A DNA stretch of 64,000 nt from Desulfuromonadales bacterium (GTDB taxonomy: Bacteria > Desulfobacterota > Desulfuromonadia > Desulfuromonadales > SZUA-540), in assembly GCA_033549025.1 (NCBI GenBank), contig JAWSUS010000002.1, positions 64,001 through 128,000 of the forward strand. The letters are read 5' to 3'. Below the pieces are notes generated by a model, which did no database searches, had not been told where the DNA came from, and saw only the letters and a program-made list of their open reading frames with translations. Below, one piece after another: positions 52,268-62,998 of the stretch (its first letter is position 1; every line of letters starts with the position of its first letter). The position numbers were made by a program, and so were the translations under genes.

Positions 52268-52933
52268 CTAGACAACCACCGACTGGGCGTTCTCCTTGAG
52301 CAGAGCGATGGTGGCCCCGTAATCGGCCGTGCCGAACACGGCGCTACCGGCCACGAAGACATCGGCGCCGGCAGCGGCGACCTGACGGATGTTATCCGCC
52401 TTGACCCCGCCATCAACCTCCAGCTCGACGGCCAGCCCGCGCCGATCGATCAGCTGGCGCAGCGCCTCGATCTTGGCCAGGGCGGAGGGAATGAAGCTCT
52501 GGCCACCGAAACCCGGATTGACGCTCATGACCAGAATAAGATCGACCTCTTCCAGGATCACCTCCAGGGTCGAGACGGGCGTCGCCGGGTTGATGGACAC
52601 CCCCGCCTTTTTCCCCAGGCTGCGAATCAGCTGCACGGTCCGGTGCAGATGGGGAACCGCCTCCTGGTGAACGGTCAGGATATCGGCGCCGGCTTCGGCG
52701 AACTGGGGAATATAGCGGTCGGGGTTCTCGATCATCAGATGCACGTCGAGGGGAAGCGCGGTGGAGCGGCGGGCCGCCTCGACCACGAGGGGTCCGATGG
52801 TGATGTTGGGGACGAAATGGCCGTCCATCACATCCACGTGCACATAATCGGCACCGCCGTGTTCGATGGCGGCAATCTCCTCTCCCAGCCGGGAGAAGTC
52901 GGCAGACAGAATCGAAGGAGCAATCTTAACCAT
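52268..52933 (-). CDS. rpe: Ribulose-phosphate 3-epimerase
   Basis: [36 protein letters not shown]. Confidence 0.97.
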   Translation of the reverse strand: MVKIAPSILSADFSRLGEEIAAIEHGGADYVHVDVMDGHFVPNITIGPLVVEAARRSTALPLDVHLMIENPDRYIPQFAEAGADILTVHQEAVPHLHRTVQLIRSLGKKAGVSINPATPVSTLEVILEEVDLILVMSVNPGFGGQSFIPSALAKIEALRQLIDRRGLAVELEVDGGVKADNIRQVAAAGADVFVAGSAVFGTADYGATIALLKENAQSVVV

Positions 52934-52966
52934 GGCAAATCTCCGGGTTCGGGGTAGTAGAATCCA

Positions 52967-54340
52967 TTAAGGTCGCGCTTGGCGCACAAATCGCGCCGCG
53001 AAAAAGGCATCCATTCCCCCGCAGCGCGCCGGGGTGGTGCGCAAGGCGCCCCGCTCGTCAAAGAGGGGTGCCCAGGCGGCCGGGGTCTCCTGGCGCAGGT
53101 CTTCAAGGACGAACTCGGGATGGTCGGCCAGAAAACGGTCGACAACGCCCCAGGTTTCCCGGGCCGTCAGGGTACAGAGAGAATAGAGCAGCCGCCCGCC
53201 GGGGCGCACCAGCATCGCGGCATTGTCCAGAATGGTCTTTTGCAGATCCGACAGGGCCGGGATATCCGGCGGCGTACGCCGCCAGCGGATTTCCGGATTG
53301 CGCCGTAAAACGCCGAGACCGCTGCAGGGGGCATCGACCAGCACACGATCGAAGCTCTTCTGCTCCAGAAAGTCAGGGAAACGAGACATATCCCAGGCTT
53401 TCGCCTCAATACCTTCGCACCCAAGCCTCTGCGCGCCTTCGGTGATGAGCCGGACGCGCTGGGGGTGAAGATCGAGGGCCAGCAGGCGGACATCGTTTTT
53501 CGCCAGGGCCGCCAGATGGGTCGTTTTGCCGCCGGGGGCGGCGCAGGTGTCGAGCAGGCGCTGCCCGGGGCGGACGTCGAGCAGATGAGAGACGAGCATG
53601 CTGGCCTCGTCCTGCACCTGGAACCACCCTTCCTCCTGGCCGGCCAGGGGAGAGGAGCCGCGGCGGGTGACGACGATCCCTTCGGGGGCGTACTGACAGG
53701 GACGCACCTCATGGCCAGCGGCCTGCATCTTGTCCATCAAGGTTTCCCGGTCCACCCGCAGCGTATTGACCCGCAGCGTAAAGGGGGGCTGTTCCAGCAT
53801 GCTCTCCCCCAGCGCGACGGCCTCCGCGGCGCCCCAATCCCTGATCCACAGCTGTGCCAGCCAGCGGGGCACCGAAAGCACGTGCTCCAGGTAGGCCCTC
53901 TCGTTGCCGGCCGGGCTGGGCCATGGAATCTTCTCGTGCTGGCGCACCAGGTTGCGCAGGATGCCGTTGATAAACCCCGTGGCTCTTTCCAGCTTTTCAC
54001 CGCGCGCCAGCTCGACGGCCTGGTTGACGGCAGCCGAGGGTGGAATCCGGTCGAGCGCCAGAATCTGGTAGGCCCCCAGCCGCAACAGCCAGAGCACCTT
54101 GCTTTCGATCTTCTTGAGCGGCGTTTTGCAGAGCTGGGACAGGGCAAAGTCGAGACGCCCGCGCTGGCGGAGGATGCCATAAACCAGTTCGGTGGCCAGG
54201 CCCCGATCGCGCGGATCGAGCCGGGGGTTTTTCTCCAAAACCGCATCCAGGGTCAGATCGGCATAGGCGCCGTCTTCGACGCGCAGCAGGATATCGAGGG
54301 CTATTTTGCGGGGATCGGATGAGGGCACGTGTTTTTCCAA
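52967..54340 (-). CDS. rsmB: 16S rRNA m5C967 methyltransferase
   Basis: NusB-like N terminus, VQDEAS, CAAPGGKT, DAPCSGLG, YSLCT. Confidence 0.94.
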   Translation of the reverse strand: MEKHVPSSDPRKIALDILLRVEDGAYADLTLDAVLEKNPRLDPRDRGLATELVYGILRQRGRLDFALSQLCKTPLKKIESKVLWLLRLGAYQILALDRIPPSAAVNQAVELARGEKLERATGFINGILRNLVRQHEKIPWPSPAGNERAYLEHVLSVPRWLAQLWIRDWGAAEAVALGESMLEQPPFTLRVNTLRVDRETLMDKMQAAGHEVRPCQYAPEGIVVTRRGSSPLAGQEEGWFQVQDEASMLVSHLLDVRPGQRLLDTCAAPGGKTTHLAALAKNDVRLLALDLHPQRVRLITEGAQRLGCEGIEAKAWDMSRFPDFLEQKSFDRVLVDAPCSGLGVLRRNPEIRWRRTPPDIPALSDLQKTILDNAAMLVRPGGRLLYSLCTLTARETWGVVDRFLADHPEFVLEDLRQETPAAWAPLFDERGALRTTPARCGGMDAFFAARFVRQARP

Positions 54341-54439
54341 AAACCGGTCAGAGGGCGAAGCGGATGGACGGGAGCGGCCCGGAAAGAGCGGCCGACAGGC
54401 CTCGTTCGGGGGCCACTATAGTGGGGCGGACCTGAAAAA

Positions 54440-55228
54440 TCAAGGCGCGCCGGCAATGACATGCTCGTCCAGCGCCTTTTCCACCTCGTCCAGCCAGATA
54501 CGCGTGTTGAAACAGGGCCCCTCGGGCCGGTGGTTGAGGATACCGATGACCGGCAGGGGGTAGGCGTCGCGGATACCGGAGGTCAGGTCCCGTTCGCAGG
54601 CGACGGCCAGAATGAAGCGGGGCCGCTTCTCGACGATGAGCTTGCGCGCCAGCGTGCCACCGGTGGCGACGGCGATGTCGATCCCCCGTTGCTGCGCCAG
54701 GGCGGCCAGACCGCTGATGTCGCAACGCCCGCAGCGCACGCATTTGTTGACATCCCCGGTGATCTTGATGGCACAGTCGAACAGCTGAATGCAGTGGGGC
54801 AGCAGAATGAGCGCCTTCTCGGGGGGCACCCGCAACTTTTTGGAACGCACGAGCTGATTGTTAAGGGCGATAAAGGATTGCTGCAGAGAGTCGCGATCGA
54901 TCCCCACCAGACGCCCCACGGCGATGATGGCCGGGAAGAGATATTTGATGACGATCCCCCGCAGCCGCTGGGAGAAAAAGAGATCCCGGCCGCTCAGCAG
55001 GGTGAGGACCAGCAACAGCAGACCGCCGACGATGAGCAGGCAGAGCAGGCTCAGCACCACGCCGAGGGCGACGGGCAGCAGCGGATGAAGGGTGCGCAGA
55101 CCGACACTGGGAACCCACCACAGCAAAAAGGCAGCCACCAGAACCAGACCGCTGACCCCGGCCAGCAGTCCGATAAAGAGGCGCTTACCGGGGGCGAAAC
55201 CTTTGCCCTGGCCACAGGCATCACGCAC
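54440..55228 (-). CDS. DUF116-family membrane protein
   Basis: LLPHCIQ, CxxCGRC, VATGGTLARK, AVACERDL, GPCFNT; GTG start after GGAG. Confidence 0.82.
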   Translation of the reverse strand: MRDACGQGKGFAPGKRLFIGLLAGVSGLVLVAAFLLWWVPSVGLRTLHPLLPVALGVVLSLLCLLIVGGLLLLVLTLLSGRDLFFSQRLRGIVIKYLFPAIIAVGRLVGIDRDSLQQSFIALNNQLVRSKKLRVPPEKALILLPHCIQLFDCAIKITGDVNKCVRCGRCDISGLAALAQQRGIDIAVATGGTLARKLIVEKRPRFILAVACERDLTSGIRDAYPLPVIGILNHRPEGPCFNTRIWLDEVEKALDEHVIAGAP

Positions 55229-55229
55229 G

Positions 55230-56177
55230 TTACAACTCCAGTCGGACACCGGGTTCAATGGGCCGGCCGCGCAAAAATTCCGCCGCGGACAACCATTTTT
55301 TTCCCGGCAGCTGCAAGGAGCGGATAAAGAGCGACCGCTGCCCACAGGAAACGAGGATACCGCGTTCGGTGGCCGAGACGATGGTACCCGGCAGCCCTTC
55401 CACCTCCTCGTGGGGGAGGGTGTCGGCGATCTTCAGCATCTCTCCGGCCAGAAAGGTGTAGGCCCCCGGCCAGGGGTGCAGTCCCCGCACGAGGTCGTGA
55501 ATGGTCTCGGCGTTCTGCGCCCAGTCGATGCGGCCATCGCTTTTACTCATCATGGAGGCGTAACAGGTCTGGCTGTCATCCTGGGGTTCGGGCTTGAGCT
55601 CGCCGGCGCAGAGCTGGCGCAGGGTCTCTTCCATGGCCTCGCGGCCGAGCACGGCCAGGCGGTCATGGAGCTGTCCGGCGGTCTCCAGCGGGCCGATAGC
55701 GGTCGCCCGCTTGACGAGCATATCCCCCGTATCGAGACCGACATCCATCAGCATGGTGGTGACGCCCGTCTCCTTCTCGCCATTGATAATCGCCATGTTG
55801 ATCGGCGCGGCGCCGCGGTAGCGGGGCAATAGGGATGCGTGCACGTTGATACAGCCGTATTTGGGGATATCAAGTACGCTTTTGGGCAGAATCTGGCCAT
55901 AGGCCACCACGACGATGAGGTCGGGGGCCAGCTCCTGCAGAACAGCCACCGAGTCGGGACTGCGGAGTTTCTCCGGCTGATAGACGGGGATCTGGTGCTG
56001 TATGGCCAGTTCCTTCACGGGCGGTGCCGCCAGCTTGCGGCCACGGCCCTTGGCCCGGTCGGGCTGGGTGAAGACGGCGCACAGGTTCACCCCGGCCTCG
56101 ATAAGTCCCTGCAGCGTGGGCAGGGCGAAATCAGGGGTTCCCATGAAAACGGTGCGGATTTCCCGGGGTTCGATCAC
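55230..56177 (-). CDS. fmt: Methionyl-tRNA formyltransferase
   Basis: FMGTPDFA, TQPDR, NVHASLLPRYRGAAPI, GLDTGD. Confidence 0.97.
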   Translation of the reverse strand: MIEPREIRTVFMGTPDFALPTLQGLIEAGVNLCAVFTQPDRAKGRGRKLAAPPVKELAIQHQIPVYQPEKLRSPDSVAVLQELAPDLIVVVAYGQILPKSVLDIPKYGCINVHASLLPRYRGAAPINMAIINGEKETGVTTMLMDVGLDTGDMLVKRATAIGPLETAGQLHDRLAVLGREAMEETLRQLCAGELKPEPQDDSQTCYASMMSKSDGRIDWAQNAETIHDLVRGLHPWPGAYTFLAGEMLKIADTLPHEEVEGLPGTIVSATERGILVSCGQRSLFIRSLQLPGKKWLSAAEFLRGRPIEPGVRLEL

Positions 56178-56692
56178 AGCTGCTCCTTCATCTGTTCCAG
56201 TATTTTCTGGTATTTCTTGCGGAAAAACCCCTTTTTGAGGGGAGAGAGATGGTCCACGAAGAGGACGCCGTCCAGGTGGTCGATTTCGTGCTGAAAGGCG
56301 ATGGCCAGCAGGCCGTCGGCCTTCATCTCCACCGGGCGCCCCTCCATGTCCTGATAGCGCACCGTCACCTGGGCTTGGCGATGAATGGCCGAGTAATAGC
56401 CGGGCACCGACAGGCAGCCTTCTTCCTCGTAGGACTCGCCTTCGCTGGCGACGATCTGGGGATTGAAGGCGATGATGAGCTGCGGGGGTTCACCGCTGCC
56501 GGTACAGTCCAGCACGATCAGCCGTTTGGAAACGCCGACCTGCGGAGCGGCCAGCCCGACGCCGGGCGCGGCGTACATCGTTTCCGCCATGTCGCGAGCC
56601 AGGGTACGCAGCTCCTCGGTGACGGTCTCCACCGGTACGGCCTTCTGCTTCAGCACGGGGTCGGGATAATGTCGTATGGGAAGTAACGCCAT
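56174..56692 (-). CDS. def: Peptide deformylase
   Basis: GVGLAAPQVG, EGCLS, QHEIDHLDG. Confidence 0.97.
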   Translation of the reverse strand: MALLPIRHYPDPVLKQKAVPVETVTEELRTLARDMAETMYAAPGVGLAAPQVGVSKRLIVLDCTGSGEPPQLIIAFNPQIVASEGESYEEEGCLSVPGYYSAIHRQAQVTVRYQDMEGRPVEMKADGLLAIAFQHEIDHLDGVLFVDHLSPLKKGFFRKKYQKILEQMKEQL

Positions 56693-56814
56693 GACAGAGG
56701 TCCTTTTAATCGCTGACACACGCCCCGTGGGGGCGCCTTTTCACAAAAAAAAATCATAAAGGCAGAAGACCGTTAAAGTCAACTTTTACTCCGTTAGCGC
56801 CGGCAAACCTGCTG

Positions 56815-56843
56815 AAAAAAGGGACCGGCTTGCGGCCGGCCCC
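56815..56843 (-). terminator. Terminator after sucD
   Basis: GGGaCCGGC...GCCGGcCCC stem with a 6-T tail on the minus strand. Confidence 0.65.
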
Positions 56844-56851
56844 TGCTATTC

Positions 56852-57733
56852 CTACTTCTTTTTGGCTCCCATGGCGGCGGCCATCGCCTCCCCCATGCGG
56901 GTCGGGCTCTCCGCCACCACGACACCGACCTCCTTGAGGGCGGCAATCTTGTCCTTGGCCTTGCCCTTGCCGCCGGTGATAATGGCGCCGGCGTGGCCCA
57001 TGCGCTTGCCTGGGGGCGCCGTCACGCCGGCGATAAAAGCCGCCACCGGCTTTTTCATGTGCTCGCTTATCCATGCGGCCGCGTCCTCTTCGGCGCCGCC
57101 GCCGATCTCCCCGATCATGAACACCCCTTCCGTATCCGGGTCGTCATTGAAGCGCTCAAGGACATCGATGAATTTCATGCCGATGATGGGATCGCCACCG
57201 ATGCCGACACAGGTCGACTGCCCCAGGCCGGCGTCGGTCAACTGTTTGACCGCCTCGTAGGTCAGGGTGCCGCTGCGTGAGACGACGCCGATCTTGCCCG
57301 GTTTGTGAATATAGCCCGGCATGATGCCGACCTTGCATTCGCCGGGAGTGATCACCCCTGGGCAGTTGGGCCCGACCAGCAGGGTGCGGCTGTCGTCCAC
57401 GACGCGCTTGGCCGTGACCATATCCTTGATGGGCACGCCCTCGGTGATGCAGATAGCCAGCTCGACGTTGCTGGCACAGGCCTCCAGGATGGCATCGGCC
57501 GCTCCCGGCGGCGGCACGAAAATCAGTGAGACGTTGGCGCGGGTGACGCGAACCGCTTCCTCCATGGTATCGAATACGGGAATCCCTTCGACGTGGATGC
57601 CCCCCTTCCCCGGCGTGACCCCGGCCACGATCTGGGTGCCGTATTCCCGGCACTGCTTGGTATGAAAGAGGCCGGCTTTGCCGGTGATCCCCTGGACGAC
57701 GATTTTTGAATCCTTATTGACCAGAATGGACAT
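56852..57733 (-). CDS. sucD: Succinyl-CoA ligase alpha subunit
   Basis: [36 protein letters not shown]. Confidence 0.97.
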   Translation of the reverse strand: MSILVNKDSKIVVQGITGKAGLFHTKQCREYGTQIVAGVTPGKGGIHVEGIPVFDTMEEAVRVTRANVSLIFVPPPGAADAILEACASNVELAICITEGVPIKDMVTAKRVVDDSRTLLVGPNCPGVITPGECKVGIMPGYIHKPGKIGVVSRSGTLTYEAVKQLTDAGLGQSTCVGIGGDPIIGMKFIDVLERFNDDPDTEGVFMIGEIGGGAEEDAAAWISEHMKKPVAAFIAGVTAPPGKRMGHAGAIITGGKGKAKDKIAALKEVGVVVAESPTRMGEAMAAAMGAKKK

Positions 57734-57799
57734 GATGCACTCTCCGGATAGGGTAATGGGTTATCCTGTGGACAGTCCGCCTGCCGGCAAAATAACGGG

Positions 57800-58978
57800 T
57801 CAGGCGTCTTCCGGCCGGGCTTCCGCCAGCATCTGCACGATGGCGGCGGCGCCGTCTCCCAGATAATCGACGCACTGGACATTCAGCCCCGATTCGACCA
57901 GCAGCTTTTTGCCCTCCTCCACCTGGGAGCCGTCCATGCGCACCACGATGGGCAGGGTGCAGTGCACCTCCGAGGCCGCCTCGATAATGCCCTGGGCGAT
58001 GACGTCGCAGCGCATGATGCCACCGAAGATATTGACGAACACCGCCTGCACATCCCGGTCCTGCAGGATAATCTTGAAGGCCTCGGCCACCTTTTCGCGG
58101 GTGGCGCCGCCGCCCACATCGAGAAAATTCGCCGGCTCGCCGCCGTTCTCCTTGAGCACGTCGAGAGTCGCCATGGCCAGGCCGGCCCCGTTGACCATGC
58201 AGCCGATATTGCCGGTGAGCTTGATATAGGCGAGATCGAACTTGCCGGCGCTGATCTCGAGAGGGTCAAGCTGGGAGTAATCCATCAGGTCGTGGTATTC
58301 CCAGTGGCGGAAGATGGCGTTGTCGTCGAAATTGATCTTGGCGTCCATGGCCAGCAGCCAGCCCGCCCGCGTCACCACCAGCGGGTTGATCTCCACCAGG
58401 GAGCAGTCCTTCTCCAGCACGCAGCGATAGAGATTGAGGATCAGATTGACACAGTCCTCGCTCAGGCTCCCCGTCAGCCCCAGCGCCAGGGCGATCTTGC
58501 GCGCCTGGTAGGGACGCAGGCCAGTGTAGGGGTCGATGGTCAGCTTGAAGATCTTGTCGGGAGCCTTGGCCGCCGTCTCCTCGATATCGACGCCCCCCTC
58601 GGCGGAAGCGATGAGACAGTAGCGTGAGGTACTGCGATCCAGCGTGATGGAGAGATAGAATTCCCGGGCGATGCCCACGGCCTCTTCCACGAGAATGCGT
58701 CGCACCTTGAGTCCCTCGGGACCGGTCTGCGGCGTCACCAGCCGCTTGCCGAAGAGTTCCTTGGCGATCTCGTGGGCCTGCTCCGGATGGTGCACCAGCT
58801 GCACGCCCCCGGCCTTGCCGCGGCCGCCGGCATAGATCTGGGCCTTGACCACGCAGGTTCCCCCCATCATCTTGGCAGCCCGTTCCACCTGATCGGCGGT
58901 CAGGGCCACGCGCCCCCGGGGTACGGGAATGTCGAAACTGCCGAGAATCTCCTTGGCCTGGTACTCGTGAATGTTCAT
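57800..58978 (-). CDS. sucC: Succinyl-CoA ligase beta subunit
   Basis: MNIHEYQAK, GGRGKAGG, NGAGLAMAT, NFLDVGGG, NIFGGIMRCD. Confidence 0.97.
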   Translation of the reverse strand: MNIHEYQAKEILGSFDIPVPRGRVALTADQVERAAKMMGGTCVVKAQIYAGGRGKAGGVQLVHHPEQAHEIAKELFGKRLVTPQTGPEGLKVRRILVEEAVGIAREFYLSITLDRSTSRYCLIASAEGGVDIEETAAKAPDKIFKLTIDPYTGLRPYQARKIALALGLTGSLSEDCVNLILNLYRCVLEKDCSLVEINPLVVTRAGWLLAMDAKINFDDNAIFRHWEYHDLMDYSQLDPLEISAGKFDLAYIKLTGNIGCMVNGAGLAMATLDVLKENGGEPANFLDVGGGATREKVAEAFKIILQDRDVQAVFVNIFGGIMRCDVIAQGIIEAASEVHCTLPIVVRMDGSQVEEGKKLLVESGLNVQCVDYLGDGAAAIVQMLAEARPEDA

Positions 58979-59073
58979 ACAATCCTCTCAGCGCTAAAAA
59001 GCCTTCGAAAACAGCCGCCACGCCCATCCTCCCGCCGGCTTTCAGCGGGGCGCGGGCTGGCAGCAGCGATAAT

Positions 59074-59289
59074 TCAGGAGCCAGTCGCGGCCTCGGCCTT
59101 CCCTGCCAGGGTTTCATCGGCCAGGGGCCGCACCTCGACCACCTTGTCCATGGCGATCTGGTGAAAGGCCAGGCGTCCGCGCAGAAAGAGCAGCTCCTCG
59201 CCCGCCTCCCAGAGCACCCCCCGGTAGGTCAGTTCGGAGGTTCTGACTTCGACCTCTTTGCCCAGCAGCGCATCCAACCGGGTCCGCAT
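59074..59289 (-). CDS. Small hypothetical protein, possible Sm/SH3-like beta barrel
   Basis: AAGGA RBS; LLGKEVEVRT...YRGVL...LFLR...IAMDKV pattern. Confidence 0.6.
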   Translation of the reverse strand: MRTRLDALLGKEVEVRTSELTYRGVLWEAGEELLFLRGRLAFHQIAMDKVVEVRPLADETLAGKAEAATGS

Positions 59290-59381
59290 GATTTTAATCC
59301 TTGAAAAAAAGAAGCCCGCCTATCCCGGAACATTGTACCAGAGATCGGCGGGCAGGCCATCGATGGGGAAAAATCGCCGGA

Positions 59382-60026
59382 TTATTTCTGCATTTTCTGC
59401 CAATCCGCCAAAAACTTTTCGATGCCGACATCGGTGAGCGGGTGCTTGACGAGCTGCCGGATGACGGCAAAGGGGATGGTGCAGATATCGGCGCCGATCA
59501 GGGCGGCGTTGAGCACATGCAGCGGGCTGCGCACCGAAGCGACGATGATCTCGGTATCAAAGCCGTAGTTGTCATAGATGGTCTTGATCTGGTCGACCCC
59601 TTCCATGCCGTCGTGGCCGACATCATCGAGCCGCCCGACAAAGGGAGAGACAAAGGTGGCGCCCGCCTTGGCGGCCAGCAGGGCCTGCAGGGGCGAAAAA
59701 GCGAGGGTGACGTTGGTCTTGATCCCTTCGGCCGTAAAAATCCGCGTGGCCTTGAGGCCCTCTTCCGTCAGGGGCACCTTGATGACGATGTTGGGATGAA
59801 TTTTGGCCAGCTCGCGCCCTTCGCGGAGCATGCCGTCGGCGTCGAGGGCGATGACCTCGGCGGAGATGGGGCCGTCGACGATGGAGACGATCTCGGTGAT
59901 GACCTCCCGAAAGTCGCGGCCGCTCTTGGCAATGAGAGACGGGTTGGTGGTGACGCCGTCCACCAGGCCAAGATCATGGGCCTGGCGAATCTCTTCCACG
60001 TCGGCGGTGTCGATGAAAAACTTCAT
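59382..60026 (-). CDS. fsa: Transaldolase / fructose-6-phosphate aldolase
   Basis: [38 protein letters not shown](V)R. Confidence 0.93.
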   Translation of the reverse strand: MKFFIDTADVEEIRQAHDLGLVDGVTTNPSLIAKSGRDFREVITEIVSIVDGPISAEVIALDADGMLREGRELAKIHPNIVIKVPLTEEGLKATRIFTAEGIKTNVTLAFSPLQALLAAKAGATFVSPFVGRLDDVGHDGMEGVDQIKTIYDNYGFDTEIIVASVRSPLHVLNAALIGADICTIPFAVIRQLVKHPLTDVGIEKFLADWQKMQK

Positions 60027-60076
60027 GGGCTCGGTGCTCCTTTGCTTTCAGCTGGGTTTGGGGGTTGTCTATGTCG

Positions 60077-61999
60077 TCAGTTCGGATCGAGCAGGCGGAT
60101 TGTCGGCTTTTCCGGGGGCAGCAGCGCCTGGGCCGCGGCCAGGTTATGATAGGCCAGCGCTTCGACTTTGGCCAGTTTTTTCAGGAGTTCCGCGTCGCCG
60201 GCCGCCGCCTCGCGGCGGACCTTCAGGGTCGCCAGCAAGGCCTCCAGCCCCTGCTGGGCGCTCTGGTATTTCTGCTCATCAAAGGGGAGGGAGAGGTCCA
60301 TCCCCTCCACGTTCCAGGCCTGGGGAAAGACCACGAAGGGGGCAAAATCCTCCACCCGGCGCCCCTCGCGCACCTTGATGTCGCCGTATTTCAGATTCTC
60401 GAAACGCAAGCCCTTCTCGTCGGCGACGATCTGGTAGCTGCCGGTGAAGGGTTCGCTCACATTGCGCGTGTCGCCGTAGCGGAAGGTGGAAAAAGCCTTT
60501 TGGGCATGGCTGGCGTGGCACCCCTGGCAGTCGCGTCCATAGCCGAGAGCGTGGCTGATCTTGTCCATCTGAATCCACAGAATGGCCTGGCCGTCCCCCG
60601 GCAGCTCGCCGCGGGTCCCCGTAATGATAAAGGCATCGTTGGTCTCGGTGGCCGTCCGCGTGACCGTAAATTCTTCCACCTGGCCGATGACGGGCTGGGC
60701 GGCGATCTGGCGGGAGGGGATGGCACAAAAGACGACGCCGGTGGGCTCCAGGCCATGCTTCTGGTTGAGCACCGCCATGGGATAGGGCTTGTAGGGGAGC
60801 CAGCGCCCTTCGGGGTTGCGGATGAGGGTGGGCCAGTCGCGGATGCCGAAATAGCCGGCGTGCTTGGCGTAGGGGGTCTCCACGCCGGCCCAGGCCCCCG
60901 GCCCCCAGAAGGTGAACTGGTAGCCGCCGACCTCGTCGATGTGGCAGGAGGCGCAATCGACCTGGGCATGTTCCGAACTCTCCACGGCGGCGACGATGTC
61001 GGCGTGGCAGCGGCGGCAGGAAGCCCGCGCCTGAGGGCTGGCCGTGCTGCCAGGATCATGGCGGCGCAGGGAGTGGCAGTCGAGGCAATTGAGGCCCGCC
61101 TCCCGGTGGGCGCCGGCATAGAGGCTGCCTGGGTAGGCATAGTCTTCCCGGATGAAGCCGGCCCCGCGCCTTCTCTCCATGGGGCCGGCGTGGCAGATCA
61201 CCCCACGCTGGCCGCCGTAGCACGACAGGGGTTCGGGCTGGCCGAAGAGGTGGCGGCCCTCCCCCTTGTAGGGCTTGAAATGACAGTCGTTGCAGCCGGG
61301 ATGACACTGGTTGCAGTTGCGATCCGCCGCGGCGGCCTGGGCGGCCGAAAAAGGCACCGTGGTTTCGGCGGCCAGGCGCTCGAAGTTGTCGCCGAACCAG
61401 GCGCCGCAGTTGTGGGGACCGGGCAGGGCTTCGGCGAAGCTGCGGTTGGCGCGCTGGAAATGCAGCCGCCCCATGCCGGAGGCGTTGAACTCCTCGGTGG
61501 ATTTGCGGTGACACTGGCCGCAGGTAGCCATGGCGAGATCCGGTCGATAGGAAAAGCGCGCGGAATCCCGGTCATGCCAGTGGAGACCATTGATTTTAGC
61601 CACCCCCGCCAGCTCGGCCATAGAAGAATCCGGCTTGGGCACCAGGGCCGACGGCCCCTCTTCCTTGGCCAGCAGGGGTGAGAGACCCAGCCGCGATCTC
61701 TCCATGGCCTCCCCGGCCAACCCCTGGCCGCTGACCATGAGCAAAGGGCGCAGCATCCCCTGATGGGCCGCGGCCGCCTCCCGGGCCGTCGCGTCGCCCA
61801 GATGGCAGTCCACACAGGTGGGTTCCCCCTTCATATTGACTTCGCGGTCGACCTGGGCCGGGTCGAGATAGAGGGTTTCAGCCCCCAGGGCGCGCATCTT
61901 CTGGGCATCGCCATGGCACTGCACGCAGCCTGAGGCCGGATCGTAGGCCTGGGCGGCCAGGGGAAGAAGCAACAGTGTGATCAGCAGGAAGGGTTTCAC
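60077..61999 (-). CDS. Periplasmic multiheme cytochrome c (nine CxxCH motifs)
   Basis: GTG start after AAGGAG; signal peptide AQA; CVQCH, CVDCH, CGQCH, CNQCH, CNDCH, CLDCH, CRRCH, CASCH, CQGCH. Confidence 0.88.
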   Translation of the reverse strand: MKPFLLITLLLLPLAAQAYDPASGCVQCHGDAQKMRALGAETLYLDPAQVDREVNMKGEPTCVDCHLGDATAREAAAAHQGMLRPLLMVSGQGLAGEAMERSRLGLSPLLAKEEGPSALVPKPDSSMAELAGVAKINGLHWHDRDSARFSYRPDLAMATCGQCHRKSTEEFNASGMGRLHFQRANRSFAEALPGPHNCGAWFGDNFERLAAETTVPFSAAQAAAADRNCNQCHPGCNDCHFKPYKGEGRHLFGQPEPLSCYGGQRGVICHAGPMERRRGAGFIREDYAYPGSLYAGAHREAGLNCLDCHSLRRHDPGSTASPQARASCRRCHADIVAAVESSEHAQVDCASCHIDEVGGYQFTFWGPGAWAGVETPYAKHAGYFGIRDWPTLIRNPEGRWLPYKPYPMAVLNQKHGLEPTGVVFCAIPSRQIAAQPVIGQVEEFTVTRTATETNDAFIITGTRGELPGDGQAILWIQMDKISHALGYGRDCQGCHASHAQKAFSTFRYGDTRNVSEPFTGSYQIVADEKGLRFENLKYGDIKVREGRRVEDFAPFVVFPQAWNVEGMDLSLPFDEQKYQSAQQGLEALLATLKVRREAAAGDAELLKKLAKVEALAYHNLAAAQALLPPEKPTIRLLDPN

Positions 62000-62122
62000 G
62001 GGCGGCTCCTTTTCGGCAAGGGCACGGGGAAACGGCCGGAAGACACCGGAAAAAACGCCGCGCCGACATCTCTTTATAGATAGCAGAGATGAGCCACTGT
62101 GCAAATGCAGCCGGGCGACCCG

Positions 62123-62380
62123 TCAGGATTCGTCGCCGCGATAAGCGTCGCGGCAGGCCGTGGAGCAGAAATAGTGGGTCTTGCCCTTGATGACCTTGGT
62201 GATGGCGTCGCCGCGGGGCACATAGGTGCCGCACTGGGGATCCTTGACCATGGTGTCGCCCTGCGCCGTCTTCTCGGGCGGGGGCGAGGCCGGTCTGTTG
62301 CCGGTCAGGGTACGGAGCAGGGCACTCACGAGGGTGTAGCCCAGAAAGAACAGGATGAACAGCAGAATCAGACGGACCAT
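62123..62380 (-). CDS. Small membrane-anchored YHS/TRASH-domain protein
   Basis: N-terminal TM; MVKDPQCGTYVP...YFCSTAC. Confidence 0.8.
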   Translation of the reverse strand: MVRLILLFILFFLGYTLVSALLRTLTGNRPASPPPEKTAQGDTMVKDPQCGTYVPRGDAITKVIKGKTHYFCSTACRDAYRGDES

Positions 62381-62384
62381 GATA

Positions 62385-62882
62385 TCACCATGTGCGGGCG
62401 AGCAGGGCTTCGCCCCCCTCGTCGGGAAGAGATTGGAGAAGCTCCGAGACCGTGCGGTTTTTTTGGGGATGCACGAGCAGCGGAGCCAGGTCGGCCAGAG
62501 GCAGCAGGACAAAACGGCGCTCATGCAGGCGCGGATGGGGGATTTCCAGACCGGGAACGCGGCAGAGCTGGGCCCCGTAAAATAATATGTCGATATCGAG
62601 GGTCCGCGCCCCCCAGCGTTCCTGGCGCACGCGCCCCCCGGCCGTTTCGATCTGCTGGGTCAGCCGCAGCAGCTCTGCGGGCGAAAGGCGGGTGTCGATC
62701 TCCAGCACCGCATTGAGATAGGGGGGCTGGCCGTCTGGCCCGCCGACGGGCCGGGTTTCGTACAGGCCGGAAGAAGCGAGCAGGCGGATACCGTCCGCCT
62801 CGGCCAGACGCCGCCGGGCCTCGCGCAGAGTCGCCAGACGGTCACCGAGGTTGGAACCGAGGGCCAGATATGCTTTAATCAT
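62385..62882 (-). CDS. folK: 2-amino-4-hydroxy-6-hydroxymethyldihydropteridine diphosphokinase
   Basis: [44 protein letters not shown]. Confidence 0.96.
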   Translation of the reverse strand: MIKAYLALGSNLGDRLATLREARRRLAEADGIRLLASSGLYETRPVGGPDGQPPYLNAVLEIDTRLSPAELLRLTQQIETAGGRVRQERWGARTLDIDILFYGAQLCRVPGLEIPHPRLHERRFVLLPLADLAPLLVHPQKNRTVSELLQSLPDEGGEALLARTW

Positions 62883-62998
62883 GAGGAAACACCTTCTGAT
62901 AACGCACCGATTAAATCACAGACCTTCCACCGCCGTCAACGAACGGTTCCGCGCCCTTGGGGCCTCCTCGGCGTCGCTCCGTGAAAGGATAGGAAGCC

